Shown here one piece after another: positions 47,305 to 57,415 of a DNA stretch of 64,000 nucleotides. The translations under genes were made by a program, and so were the position numbers. The stretch lies in the NCBI GenBank assembly GCA_035548055.1, contig DASZTL010000108.1:12476-76475 (forward strand), read 5' to 3'. The notes beneath the pieces are model-generated. The model was not told the origin of the DNA and searched no databases. It saw only the letters and a list, made by a program, of their open reading frames with translations. The number at the start of each line of letters is the position of its first letter. Position 1 is the stretch's first letter. The DNA comes from Mycobacteriales bacterium. GTDB taxonomy: Bacteria > Actinomycetota > Actinomycetes > JAFAQI01.

Positions 47305-49554
47305 CTACTGGCGGGACATCGCCTCCGCGGCTGCCGCTTCGGCGTCGGCGCGCTCGATCTTGCCGGTCTCGATGACGACCTCGTGCAGGGTGCCCTGGAA
47401 GTGGTTCGGGCTGTCGTAGCGCGGGCTCACCGCTGACCCGTGGTCGTAGCCGACGCTGTGCCCGATGCTCGACATGATCCGCATGGCGAACGGCACGTGG
47501 CACGCGCCGACGACTTCGTCACCGAAGAGCAGCTCGAAGTCGCCCTCGCCGCTCGATCGGGTGAACCGCAGCCCGACCTCCGACGTCCCGGTCGGGACAT
47601 CGGCATCCGAGATGCAGACCGTGTGGTCACCGAACGAGTTGTAGTCGAGCACGAGCTTGTCGTTCTCGATGAACCACGACAACCCGGCGTTGGCCGTCCC
47701 CGTCGCGAGCAGCACGCCGTTGTCGTTCGCAGCGCGCGTGATCGTCGCCCGCATGTTGAAGCGACTGCCGGCAAGGGTCGCGCCTGCCTGCGCCGGCAGC
47801 GGTGCCATGGGCGGCTTGTACACGTAGCGCTTGGAAAGCGGATGCGGAGAGTTGTCGTCGTACCGCGTGAAGAACAGCTCGATGGTCCGGTCGTCGAGCG
47901 GCAGTACGCCGTGCTCACGCGCCTCTCGCCACCACAGGTCGACCAGCGCAGCGAGCGTCTCGGGCTCAGCGGTGGCCAGGTCGTGGCACTCGGAGAAGTC
48001 CTCCGCAACGTTGTAGAGCTCCCACTGGTCGTCGTCGTACGGCACGTTCTGAGTGTGGCGAGTGACCGCCTTCCAGCCGTCCTGCCAGATCCCGCGATGC
48101 CCGTTCATCTCGAAGTACTGCGCACCCTTGCGGGTCGCTGCATCTGGCTCGTCGAGCGTGTAGAGCATCGACGTGCCGGCGATCGGAATCTGCTCGTAGC
48201 CGCGGTACGTCGACGGCGGAGTGATCCCGATCGCGTCGTAGATCGTCGGCGCGACATCGACCGCGTGGTGGAACTGCCGGCGGATGCCACCCGGATCGGC
48301 GACGTGGCCCGGCCAATGCAGGATGAGCGGCACGTGGACGCCGCCTTCGTGGGTGTTCTGCTTGTACCACTTGAACGGCGTGTTCCCGGCCTGCGCCCAC
48401 CCCCACGGGTAGTTGGAGTGGCTGTTGGGCCCACCGATCTCGTCGAGTCGCTCGATCGCGTCGTCCGGGGTCTCGAGGATGAAGTTGAAGAACTTCATCT
48501 CGTGCAGGACGCCGAACGGCCCGCCTTCCTGGCTGGCGCCGTTGTCCGAGACCAGCACGATGATCGTGTCGTCCATCAGCCCGAGCGCCTCGAGATCGGC
48601 CACGAGTCTTCCGACCTGCACATCGGTGTGGTCGAGGAAGGCCGCGAACGCCTCCTGTAGGCGAGCTGCGAGGCGCTGCTGGTTCTCCGGCATCGAGTCC
48701 CAGGGGTCCACGCCTTGGTTGAGCGGCGCCAGGTCGGTGCCCGCAGGCACGATGCCGGTCTCCTGCTGCCGGGCGAACCACTCGTCACGGGCCACGTCCC
48801 AGCCGGCGTCGAACTTGCCGCGGTACTTGGCCAGGTACTCCGGCGGGGCCTGATGCGGCGCATGTGTCGCACCGAACGCGAGATAGAGGAAGAACGGCCT
48901 GTCAGGGCGGACCGACACCGAATCGTGGATGAACTCAGACGCGCGGTCCACCAGGTCCTCGGAGAGGTGGTAACCCTCCTCGACCGACTTGGGCGGGTCG
49001 ATCCGGTGGTTGTCGTAGAACAGATCGGGGTGGAACTGGTCGGTCTCGCCCTCGAGGAAGCCGTAGAAGCGGTCGAAGCCACGCTGGCATGGCCAGTGGT
49101 CGTACGGACCTGCCGCCGAGCAGTCCAGCGCCGGGCAGAGGTGCCACTTGCCGACCGCGAAGGTGGCATAGCCGCTGTCGCGAAGCACCTCGCCCATCGT
49201 CGCCGCGTGCGGCGTGATGTGGCCTCTCATGTGCGGGTAGCCGGTGGCGAAGTTCGCGACCGACCGCATCCCGACGGTGTGATGGTTACGCCCGGTCAGC
49301 AGCGCAGCGCGGGTCGGCGAGCACAGCGGGGTGACGTGGAAGTTCGTGTAGCGCAAGCCACCCGCGGCGAGCCTGTCGATGTTCGGCGTGTCGATCGAGG
49401 ACCCGTAGCAGCCAAGCTGAGCGAAGCCGGTGTCGTCGAGGACGATCATCACGACGTTCGGCGCCCCCTCGGGAGTCACCCGCTTGGCGAACGACGGCGT
49501 CGACTCGACGTGCGTGTCGCGGATCTCACCGTCGAAGTCCTCGAAGAACGGCAT
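47305..49554 (-). CDS. Arylsulfatase (formylglycine-dependent)
   Basis: Canonical CSPTRAALLTGR FGly motif, VMIVLDDTGF metal-binding N-terminus and GKWHLC. Start corrected to MPFFEDFD. Confidence 0.85.
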   Translation of the reverse strand: MPFFEDFDGEIRDTHVESTPSFAKRVTPEGAPNVVMIVLDDTGFAQLGCYGSSIDTPNIDRLAAGGLRYTNFHVTPLCSPTRAALLTGRNHHTVGMRSVANFATGYPHMRGHITPHAATMGEVLRDSGYATFAVGKWHLCPALDCSAAGPYDHWPCQRGFDRFYGFLEGETDQFHPDLFYDNHRIDPPKSVEEGYHLSEDLVDRASEFIHDSVSVRPDRPFFLYLAFGATHAPHQAPPEYLAKYRGKFDAGWDVARDEWFARQQETGIVPAGTDLAPLNQGVDPWDSMPENQQRLAARLQEAFAAFLDHTDVQVGRLVADLEALGLMDDTIIVLVSDNGASQEGGPFGVLHEMKFFNFILETPDDAIERLDEIGGPNSHSNYPWGWAQAGNTPFKWYKQNTHEGGVHVPLILHWPGHVADPGGIRRQFHHAVDVAPTIYDAIGITPPSTYRGYEQIPIAGTSMLYTLDEPDAATRKGAQYFEMNGHRGIWQDGWKAVTRHTQNVPYDDDQWELYNVAEDFSECHDLATAEPETLAALVDLWWREAREHGVLPLDDRTIELFFTRYDDNSPHPLSKRYVYKPPMAPLPAQAGATLAGSRFNMRATITRAANDNGVLLATGTANAGLSWFIENDKLVLDYNSFGDHTVCISDADVPTGTSEVGLRFTRSSGEGDFELLFGDEVVGACHVPFAMRIMSSIGHSVGYDHGSAVSPRYDSPNHFQGTLHEVVIETGKIERADAEAAAAEAMSRQ

Positions 49555-49656
49555 GGACCCTCCGGCGTCGTGGCGTCTCGCGCTGTAGCCCCTTGACAGG
49601 GACCGCAATATATTGACACTTAGAACGACAATAGTTCAAGGGATGAGGGCCCAGCT

Positions 49657-51336
49657 TTGAAGCCAAGCAAAGTGCCGGTCAGACGCTATGCCCCTGCATT
49701 GATCGTCGCCGTCGCCCTGCTCCTCGTCGTCATCATCGCCCCGTCAAAGGCCCCGTCCACCTCCCCCGCTGCGCTGTCCGACGGAGTCCCGATCGACATC
49801 CCGACGACCTCATCGACCGCGCCGAGCGACATCAACCCGACCGCCACCACCACCGCAGGTCCGGGCAAGAAGGGGCACAACAGCGCAAACCCGGCAACCG
49901 ACTCGACCACACCTCCGTCGAGCCGGACGGGGACGGTCCCACCGTCGACTGGCGACACGTCGCACTGCGTCAATGGGCTTCAGTTCTCAGTGGCCGGCTT
50001 CCAGGCGGCTCCGCCCTGCCAACCGGCCTTCTCCGGCAGCAATGGTGGTGCGACGTTCAAGGGCGTCACGAGCTCCACGATCGAGATCGTCTACTACCAG
50101 GCGAAGACGAACCTCGCGCTCCAGGCGATCCTCGGCCCAGCCGGTCTTTCACCCACGACGGCGCAGGTCAGCGACTACATCGCCCGTGCCACGCAGTTCA
50201 TCAACAGCCGCTACGAGCTGTGGGGCCGCAAGATCCACGTCGACTACTTCGTCAGCGGGTCGTGCGCCGCGTCGCCACCCAGCGACGCCTGTTTCCGTCA
50301 GGACGCGCAGACGATCGTCGCCAAGTACCACCCGTTCGCGGTCCTGTTCCCGCGCAACATCACGGCTCCCGGGTTCAACTCCGCTCTCAGCCACCTCGGC
50401 GTCGTCAACCTCGGCGGCATGAACATGCCGATGAGCTTCTCGGCTTCACAGGCCCCGTATCACTACGACTACGACATGGACGGTGACACCCAGGCCACGC
50501 TCGCCGGCGAGTGGTACTGCAAGGAGCTCGCCAACCGCAAAGCCATCTACGCCGGCGAAGCCGACTTCCGCGGCAAGCCTCGCGCCGCCGAGGTGCTCAC
50601 CGAGGACACTCCGGAGCATGTCGAGACGGCGCAGCGTCTCGCCGCAATCATCAACAAGTGCGACCACGGCGGCGGTGCCACCGTCAAGACGTACTCGCCC
50701 GACACGAGCCAGGCCGTCGTACAGAGCACAACGCTCGCCTCGCAGGCGAAGCAGAACGGCATCACGACCGTCCTCTATTCGAGCGACCCGATCTTCCCGG
50801 TATATCTGACGCCGCAGATGACCAACCAGAACTACTTCCCCGAGAACGTCGTGATCGGCTCGGGATACCTCGACTTCGACGGTCTCGCCCAGCTCTACGA
50901 CCAACGGCAGTGGAAGAACGCCTTCGGGCTGGGCGACCTGCCGGACATGGCCGCCCTGTCCCACTACGACTCCGGCGCCGTCTATCGGTCGACCCACGGC
51001 TCGCAGGCACCGTTCACGAGCGCAGCCAACATCCAGGGCTTCTTCAGCGTGCTCGGCGCCGGGCTGCAGCAGGCGGGTGCGGACCTGACCCCGACGAGCT
51101 TCGAGCGCGGCGTCCTCACCCTGCCTGCGGCGGGCGGCAGCCGGTTCCACAGCCTGGTCAAGTTCGGTCCCGGCGACTTCACCGGCGTCTCCGACGCTCG
51201 CATGATGTTCTACAGCCCGGCGCGCCGCTCACCGACCAACGGCAAGCTCGGAACGTACGTCGCGCTCAACGGCGGGCACCGCTACACGCTCGGTGAGTTC
51301 CCGAGCACGACCTTCAAGATCCCGGGCCGCGGGTGA
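49657..51336 (+). CDS. Periplasmic binding protein (type I, Leu/Ile/Val-binding-like) with an N-terminal TM anchor and a roughly 90-aa Thr/Ser/Pro-rich linker
   Basis: TTG start with a GGGATGAGGG Shine-Dalgarno. Hydrophobic N-terminus, then a disordered linker, then a PBP1-like fold (length and pattern of Gly/aromatic residues). The substrate is unknown. Confidence 0.65.
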   Translation: MKPSKVPVRRYAPALIVAVALLLVVIIAPSKAPSTSPAALSDGVPIDIPTTSSTAPSDINPTATTTAGPGKKGHNSANPATDSTTPPSSRTGTVPPSTGDTSHCVNGLQFSVAGFQAAPPCQPAFSGSNGGATFKGVTSSTIEIVYYQAKTNLALQAILGPAGLSPTTAQVSDYIARATQFINSRYELWGRKIHVDYFVSGSCAASPPSDACFRQDAQTIVAKYHPFAVLFPRNITAPGFNSALSHLGVVNLGGMNMPMSFSASQAPYHYDYDMDGDTQATLAGEWYCKELANRKAIYAGEADFRGKPRAAEVLTEDTPEHVETAQRLAAIINKCDHGGGATVKTYSPDTSQAVVQSTTLASQAKQNGITTVLYSSDPIFPVYLTPQMTNQNYFPENVVIGSGYLDFDGLAQLYDQRQWKNAFGLGDLPDMAALSHYDSGAVYRSTHGSQAPFTSAANIQGFFSVLGAGLQQAGADLTPTSFERGVLTLPAAGGSRFHSLVKFGPGDFTGVSDARMMFYSPARRSPTNGKLGTYVALNGGHRYTLGEFPSTTFKIPGRG

Positions 51337-54300
51337 AGCTCTCGAGTGGCGCCCTGTCGAACCGCACCGGGGTGTGGCTCGTCCGACTGCTCGCCGTACC
51401 GGCGATCGCGGTCGGCGCCGAGCTGGTCTTCGGCTGGGGGCATCGCGACCACTGGCTCGGCGTGCCGGTACCCGCGGCGATCCCTCTCGGCAACCTCGTC
51501 GAGGGTGCGATCTTCGGGCTCCTGTACGCGCTGCCCGCGTTCGGTCTGATCCTGGTCTACCGCGCGCAGCGCATCATCAACTTCGCGACCGCCTCCCTCG
51601 GCGGCGGCGCGGCGCTCTTCGGGTTGCTCGTCATCACCCAGGCGCATCAGCCCTATCTCGTCGGGGTCGCGGCCGCACTCGTCGGCGGCGCGGTTCTCGG
51701 CCGGGTCGCCCAGCGAATCCTTCGCCGCTTCGCCGACAAGTCGCGCCTGGTCCTCACCGTCGCAACCATCGGTGTCGGCCAGATCCTCACACTGCTCGAG
51801 GTGCTCCTACCGTCATGGTTCGGCAGCACGGTCCTGGGCGCAACGCAGCTTCCGACCCCGTTCAGCAGCATGCACTTCTCGATCGGCAAGGTCGTGCTGT
51901 CCGGCAACTACCTCGCGATCATCGTCGTCGCGGCCGCGGTGACGATCGGGCTCGGGCTGTTCTTCCGCGTGACACGCACCGGGCTCGGGGTCCGCGCCAG
52001 TGCCGACAACGCCGACCGGGCCATGCTGCTCGGCATCCCCGTACGGCGGATGGTCGTGCTGGTCTGGGTGATCGCCGGTGTCCTGTCCGCCGCGTCGGCA
52101 TTCCTGAAGATCGCGGTCGTCGGACAGTCGCTCGGCGCCGCGGCGGATCCGGCACTTCTCCTGTTCCCCCTGGCAGCCGCGGTCATCGCCCGCTTCGACG
52201 ACCTGCCTACCGCACTCATCGCCGGCATCGGTCTCGGCATCCTCGACCGCGCGGCCTACTACTCGACGAGCAACCCGAACCTCCCATCCGCACTGGTGCT
52301 GCCAATCGTGCTCATCGCCCTGCTCGGCCGGGGCCGGATCTCCCGCGCGTTCGACAGCGGCATCGGGAGCTTCCAGACCTTCGCCGAGTCGCGGCCGATC
52401 CCGCTGCAGCTACGCCGGATCCCTGAAGTGATCTGGGCGAGCCGAGGCGCCAAGCTCGCCGGCCTCGCGCTGTGCGTCCTCGGTCCCTACATCGTCGGCG
52501 GCGCTCGGCTCGGGTTCCTCACCCAAGTGGTTCTCTCGGCGATCATCGCCCTGTCGATGACGACGCTGACCGGATGGGCGGGGCAGGTCTCGCTCGGCCA
52601 GGCCGGCATCGCCGGCATCGGCGCCGCTGTCGCCGGCGGGCTCGCCGCGCGCGCACATGCCGACTTCTTCGTCACGCTGATCGTCGCCGCAATCGTCGGC
52701 GCCCTCATCGCCGCGCTGATCGGCATCCCCGCGCTTCGGCTACCCGGCCTGTTCCTCGCGATCGTCACCCTGGCCTTCGCCGCGGAGGTGCAGCTCGTCC
52801 TGCTCGACCCGCGCTACTTCGGCTGGCTGCTGCCGAAGGACGGCCAGACCGTCGAGCGCCCGGTGCTGTTCGGCCGCTTCAGTATGGCGAGCGATCGCGC
52901 CTTCTACTACCTGTGTCTCGCATTCCTCGTCGTACTCATCGCGTCGGCGATCAGGATCCGCACCAGTCGCTCCGGCCGGGTCTTCGTCGCACAACGTGAC
53001 AACGTCCGCGCGGCTCAAGCGCTCGGCATCAACTCAGCGCGAACGAAGCTCGCCGCCTTCGCCCTCTCCGGCGCGGTCGCGGCCATCGGCGGCGCGCTGA
53101 TGGTCTACCAGGTCGGTGCTGTCGACCCGTCGACGTTCCCCATGCAGTTCTCGCTCGACGTCTTCGTCTTCGCCGTGGTCGGCGGCATCGCCGGCCCCTA
53201 CGGCGCGATCTGTGGCGCGATCTTCTACCAGGTGCTCAACTTCTTCGGCAGCTCCATCTTCGGCTGGCTCGACCACCTCGGGCTGCACAGCCTGGTGACC
53301 GTCATCGACGAGCTCGGCCTGTCCGGCGGCGTACTGCTCGTCCTCTCTTTCTTCCCCGGCGGCATCGCTTCCAGCGGGACGGCGGTCCGCGACCGCTTCC
53401 TGCGACGGGTCGCAGTCCGGCGCGGCATCGACCTGCCCAGCCTCGTCGCCGATCGCGCCGAAGCCGAGCACGTCGCCGAGGCACACCGGTTCCACGTCGA
53501 CGAACCGACCGACGACGCGCTGCTCGTGTGCCGTGATCTGGACGTCGGGTACGACGGGGTCCAGGTGCTCTTCGGCGTGGACATGCACATCCGCCGCGGT
53601 GAGGTGCTGGCGCTGCTCGGCACCAACGGTGCCGGCAAGTCGACGCTGCTTCGCGCGATCAGCGGGCTGACGATGCCATGGACCGGATCGATCGTGTTCG
53701 ACGGGCGCGACATCACCAAGGCCAACCCGGTCGATCGCGCGCGCGCCGGCATCGCGCAGGTGCCGGGCGGCAAGGGCATCTTCCCGACCGTCACTGTCGC
53801 CGACCACTTCCGGGCGGCACGCTGGATGAGCAAGAAGGCCAATGCCGCCGAGATCGATGCCGCGCAGGAACAGGTGCTCGAGTGGTTCCCGAACCTGCGC
53901 AACCGCTGGGACACCTACGCGGGCAACCTGTCGGGGGGCGAGGCACAGCAGCTCGCCGTCGGAATGGCGTTCATCACGCGACCGCAGCTGCTCATCATCG
54001 ACGAGCTGTCCCTCGGGCTGGCGCCGACGATCGTGGAGAAGCTGCTCGATGTCGTACGCGACCTCAACCAGACCGGCACCACCGTCGTACTGGTCGAGCA
54101 GTCGGTGAACGTCGCACTGACGATCGCGGAGCGCGCCTACTTCATGGAGAAGGGCGAGGTCCGGTTCTGCGGTCCCACTGCCGAGCTGATCGAGCGCGAC
54201 GACATCGTGCGCTCCGTGTTCCTCGCGGCAGCCGAGCCCGCAGAGAAGGTTCCAGCACCGCGCAAACCCACACCGGCCACGGTCAAGGTCACCGACCAGC

Positions 54301-55115
54301 CGCCGACCGACATCCTTCGCGTGACCGACCTTTCGGTCTCGTTCGGTGGCGTGCGCGCCGTCGACGGCGTCTCGTTCACGCTGCGCGACGGCGAGATCCT
54401 CGGCCTGATCGGTCCGAACGGTGCCGGCAAGACCACCGTCTTCGACATGATCAGCGGCTTCCTGCGACCCGACACCGGCACGGTCTGGTTCGCCGGGCAG
54501 GATGTCACGACCAGTGGCGCGGATGTGCGAGGCCGGCTGGGTCTGGGTCGCTCCTTCCAGGACGCGCGGATCTTCCCGAGCCTGTCGGTCGCCGAGAACA
54601 TCGCGGCATCGCTCGAGCGCCACCTCGAGGTGCGCGACCATCTAGCCGCGGCGCTCGGCATGCCGGACGTCGCGGAGCTCGAGCGCCACATCGCCTGGAC
54701 CGTGGGCGATCTCGTCGAGCTGCTCTCCCTCGGCGCCTACCGCGACAAGCTGGTTCGTGAGCTGTCGACCGGAACCCGCCGCATGGTCGACATCGCGATG
54801 GCGCTCAGCTACGACCCGACAGTGCTCCTGCTCGACGAGCCGAGCAGCGGCATCGCTCAGCGCGAGACCGAGGCGCTGGCCCCGATGCTGCTGCGCATCC
54901 GCGACGAGGCAAGCTGCTCCCTGCTCGTCATCGAGCACGACATGCCGCTGATCTGCAGCGTCAGTGACCGCCTGCTCGCCCTCGAGCAAGGCCACGTCAT
55001 CGCGTCGGGCGCACCACAGGACGTGCTGAGCAACCCGCAGGTGGTGGCGAGCTACCTCGGCAACAACGAGGCCACCCGCAACCGCTCTGGTGCAATGCCG
55101 GTAGGGGGCAAGTGA
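51333..55115 (+). CDS. Single-chain ABC importer: LivH-like TMD plus LivM-like TMD plus two ABC ATPase domains in one 1260-aa polypeptide
   Basis: No internal stop. Residues about 1-330 and 340-700 are two branched-chain-type permease domains. NBD1 has GTNGAGKST, LSGGEAQQ and LLIIDELSLGL. NBD2 has GPNGAGKTT, LSTGTRRMV and LLLDEPSSGI. GTGA overlap with the upstream binding-protein gene. Confidence 0.8.
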   Translation: MKLSSGALSNRTGVWLVRLLAVPAIAVGAELVFGWGHRDHWLGVPVPAAIPLGNLVEGAIFGLLYALPAFGLILVYRAQRIINFATASLGGGAALFGLLVITQAHQPYLVGVAAALVGGAVLGRVAQRILRRFADKSRLVLTVATIGVGQILTLLEVLLPSWFGSTVLGATQLPTPFSSMHFSIGKVVLSGNYLAIIVVAAAVTIGLGLFFRVTRTGLGVRASADNADRAMLLGIPVRRMVVLVWVIAGVLSAASAFLKIAVVGQSLGAAADPALLLFPLAAAVIARFDDLPTALIAGIGLGILDRAAYYSTSNPNLPSALVLPIVLIALLGRGRISRAFDSGIGSFQTFAESRPIPLQLRRIPEVIWASRGAKLAGLALCVLGPYIVGGARLGFLTQVVLSAIIALSMTTLTGWAGQVSLGQAGIAGIGAAVAGGLAARAHADFFVTLIVAAIVGALIAALIGIPALRLPGLFLAIVTLAFAAEVQLVLLDPRYFGWLLPKDGQTVERPVLFGRFSMASDRAFYYLCLAFLVVLIASAIRIRTSRSGRVFVAQRDNVRAAQALGINSARTKLAAFALSGAVAAIGGALMVYQVGAVDPSTFPMQFSLDVFVFAVVGGIAGPYGAICGAIFYQVLNFFGSSIFGWLDHLGLHSLVTVIDELGLSGGVLLVLSFFPGGIASSGTAVRDRFLRRVAVRRGIDLPSLVADRAEAEHVAEAHRFHVDEPTDDALLVCRDLDVGYDGVQVLFGVDMHIRRGEVLALLGTNGAGKSTLLRAISGLTMPWTGSIVFDGRDITKANPVDRARAGIAQVPGGKGIFPTVTVADHFRAARWMSKKANAAEIDAAQEQVLEWFPNLRNRWDTYAGNLSGGEAQQLAVGMAFITRPQLLIIDELSLGLAPTIVEKLLDVVRDLNQTGTTVVLVEQSVNVALTIAERAYFMEKGEVRFCGPTAELIERDDIVRSVFLAAAEPAEKVPAPRKPTPATVKVTDQPPTDILRVTDLSVSFGGVRAVDGVSFTLRDGEILGLIGPNGAGKTTVFDMISGFLRPDTGTVWFAGQDVTTSGADVRGRLGLGRSFQDARIFPSLSVAENIAASLERHLEVRDHLAAALGMPDVAELERHIAWTVGDLVELLSLGAYRDKLVRELSTGTRRMVDIAMALSYDPTVLLLDEPSSGIAQRETEALAPMLLRIRDEASCSLLVIEHDMPLICSVSDRLLALEQGHVIASGAPQDVLSNPQVVASYLGNNEATRNRSGAMPVGGK

Positions 55116-56140
55116 TGCGCCGGCTGATCGTCGCCGGCGCCGTCGTACTGGCCGGTGCCTCGACCATCGCAACGGCGGCAGCCGTCTCGCCAGCCGCGTC
55201 CGTCGACTCCGTCCGCGCCGCCGCGCCGGCAGACGACCACGTCGGGCCGGACAAGGTCGCCTGGTACGACGCGAGCCGTCCGGCCGCGGCCGCGCCGGCG
55301 GCGCCGATGCCGGGCGTCGGCCCGAAGGACCTCGTCGTCGAGGGCCTCACCATCAACACCGCGCTGCTGCCGATCTCGCTGCCGATCCCACCGATCCGGC
55401 AGGTGACCGCGTTCGCCGCACTGTCGTTCAAGCTGCCCGCCGGCGCGACGCCCGCATCACTGACCTTGAAGCTCCACGGTTTCAACACCACGGTGGTCGA
55501 CAAGCACCTGCCGAGCGGGGTGACGCCGATCGCCTGTCCGGTGACGTCGTCGTTCAAGCCCGGGCTGCAACAGTCGATCGCCGCCGCCCCAAAGTACGAC
55601 TGCTCGAAGCGCTCGACCGTCGGCCAGCTCAGCTCCACGGGCAAGGCCGTGACCTTCCCCGGCATCAGCCGGCTGCTCGTCGGGAACACGTTGTCTGTCG
55701 TCATCCTTCCCGGCAGCCTCGGCCTCGAGCGGCTGGTGTTCAGCCCGCCCAACGGCCGAACGTTGAGCCTGCTGTCCTTCGACACGACGACCCCTACCGC
55801 CGAGCCGAGCATCCCGCCCGCGCCGAGCCCGACGGCATCCACCCCGGCCCAGCCCGGCAACGCCGGACGGGTCCCGCCGATCCCGCCGGCACCGGCGATC
55901 ACGGCTCCCGAACCGACGGCCTCGAGCCCCGTGATCGCCCCCACCCCTGGGCTGACGGCGGTGGCGCTCAGCAAGCCTGACGACGCCAAGGACCGGGCCC
56001 GCGCCCTCGGCATGCTCCTGCTGCTCGTCGCTGCCGTTGCCTGGCTGGTCGTGACCGACCGAAGCGGCCGCGTGGCGGGTCAGGAGATGGGTGTCGGGCG
56101 CTTCCGCTCAGTCCGTAGCGGCCCACCACCGTCGATCTGA
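55112..56140 (+). CDS. Secreted Pro-rich protein with a C-terminal TM anchor
   Basis: Signal peptide, a PxP-rich central region and a C-terminal hydrophobic segment. Translationally coupled to the fused ABC gene. Confidence 0.55.
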   Translation: MMRRLIVAGAVVLAGASTIATAAAVSPAASVDSVRAAAPADDHVGPDKVAWYDASRPAAAAPAAPMPGVGPKDLVVEGLTINTALLPISLPIPPIRQVTAFAALSFKLPAGATPASLTLKLHGFNTTVVDKHLPSGVTPIACPVTSSFKPGLQQSIAAAPKYDCSKRSTVGQLSSTGKAVTFPGISRLLVGNTLSVVILPGSLGLERLVFSPPNGRTLSLLSFDTTTPTAEPSIPPAPSPTASTPAQPGNAGRVPPIPPAPAITAPEPTASSPVIAPTPGLTAVALSKPDDAKDRARALGMLLLLVAAVAWLVVTDRSGRVAGQEMGVGRFRSVRSGPPPSI

Positions 56141-56153
56141 TGAGAGAAGAGAC

Positions 56154-56975
56154 ATGGAGATAGTCCTGCTGGGCACCGGCAGTCCGCTGCCGGACCCGAA
56201 CCGCGCCGGACCGTCAACGCTGGTGATCGCAGGCGACACCAAGCTGCTCGTCGACGCCGGTCGCGGCGTACTCATGCGCGCTGCCGCCGTCGGCGTCGGC
56301 GCCGGCGCGATCGACGCCGTACTCCTCACTCATCTGCACAGCGACCACATCACCGACCTCAACGACGTCATCACCAGCCGCTGGGTGACGTCGTTCACCC
56401 CGTCCCCACTGACGGTGATCGGCCCGCCCGGGACTCGTGAGGTGATCGATGCGCTGCTCGCGTTCCTCAGGCACGACATCGGCTACCGCCTCGCGCATCA
56501 CGAGGATCTGACCTGGCAGCCGCCGGTCGAGGTCGTCGAGGTCACCGAGGGTGTGTGCTTCAAGACGGACGCGGTCACGGTCACGGCGGCGCCGACCGAC
56601 CACCGGCCGGTCGAGCCGAGCATCGGGTTCCGGGTCGAGCACGAGGGCCGCTCGGTGGTGCTGTCCGGCGACACGGTGCCGTGCGACTCTCTCGATGCGC
56701 TCTGCGCCGGCGCGGACGCCATCGTGCACACGGCATTGCGCAACGACATCTTGGGTGAAGCACCGATGCAACGACTGAAGGACGTCACCGACTACCACTC
56801 CTCCGTGGAGCAGGCGGCGCAGACCGCCGCCCGGGCGGGGGTGTCGACTCTCGTCCTCACCCACTACGTGCCGGCGCTCACCCCTGAAACCGAGCCGGAG
56901 TGGAGGGCACGCGCGGCGGCCCACTTCTCCGGCAAGATCGAGCTCGGCGACGACCTACATCGGGTGGAGGTCTAG
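56154..56975 (+). CDS. MBL-fold metallo-hydrolase (RNase Z/ElaC-like)
   Basis: LTHLHSDH (HxHxDH) and downstream His/Asp ligands. Start corrected to ATG 56154. Confidence 0.75.
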   Translation: MEIVLLGTGSPLPDPNRAGPSTLVIAGDTKLLVDAGRGVLMRAAAVGVGAGAIDAVLLTHLHSDHITDLNDVITSRWVTSFTPSPLTVIGPPGTREVIDALLAFLRHDIGYRLAHHEDLTWQPPVEVVEVTEGVCFKTDAVTVTAAPTDHRPVEPSIGFRVEHEGRSVVLSGDTVPCDSLDALCAGADAIVHTALRNDILGEAPMQRLKDVTDYHSSVEQAAQTAARAGVSTLVLTHYVPALTPETEPEWRARAAAHFSGKIELGDDLHRVEV

Positions 56976-56977
56976 AG

Positions 56978-57415
56978 ATGGCCGTCAAGAAGACGCGACA
57001 GATCGCGGCGAAGAAGTCCAAGGTGTGGGCAGCACTCGCAGACTTCCCGGCGATCGTCGTCTGGGCGCCCAACGTCGACCACTCCACGGCGACGACGACC
57101 GCGCACAACGGCATCGGCGCGGTACGCCGGGTGCAGTCCGGGCGCATCACCCTGCTGGAGACGATCGTCGACTGGCAGCCCGAGGAGCGGCTCGGCTACA
57201 CCCTCGACGGCTTGCCGAAGCTCGCCGGCAGCGTGCTCACGACCTGGGAGCTCGCCGAGACCGGCGACAGCACGCGCGTCACCATCACCAGCGCCATCCA
57301 TTCGCGGCCCAACCCACTGGGCCGCATCGTCGCCCGCGTGCTCGGCAAGCAGCTCGCCAAGGCGGCCAACCAGATGCTCTCCGGGCTCGCCGCGCACGTC
57401 GAGGAGTCGAAGTGA
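56978..57415 (+). CDS. SRPBCC (START/polyketide-cyclase-like) domain protein
   Basis: ATG with a GGAGG Shine-Dalgarno. About 145 aa, with a Bet v1-like pattern (KVWAALADFPAIVVWAPNV...). Confidence 0.6.
   Translation: MAVKKTRQIAAKKSKVWAALADFPAIVVWAPNVDHSTATTTAHNGIGAVRRVQSGRITLLETIVDWQPEERLGYTLDGLPKLAGSVLTTWELAETGDSTRVTITSAIHSRPNPLGRIVARVLGKQLAKAANQMLSGLAAHVEESK

Noticed and set aside
49611-49620. Shared 10-mer TATTGACACT at 49611-49620 and 62402-62411, both in divergent promoter regions
   Set aside because: The match contains the sigma-70 -35 consensus TTGACA, and the remaining 4 nt could match by chance. It is most likely just two promoters, so it is not treated as a specific regulatory motif.
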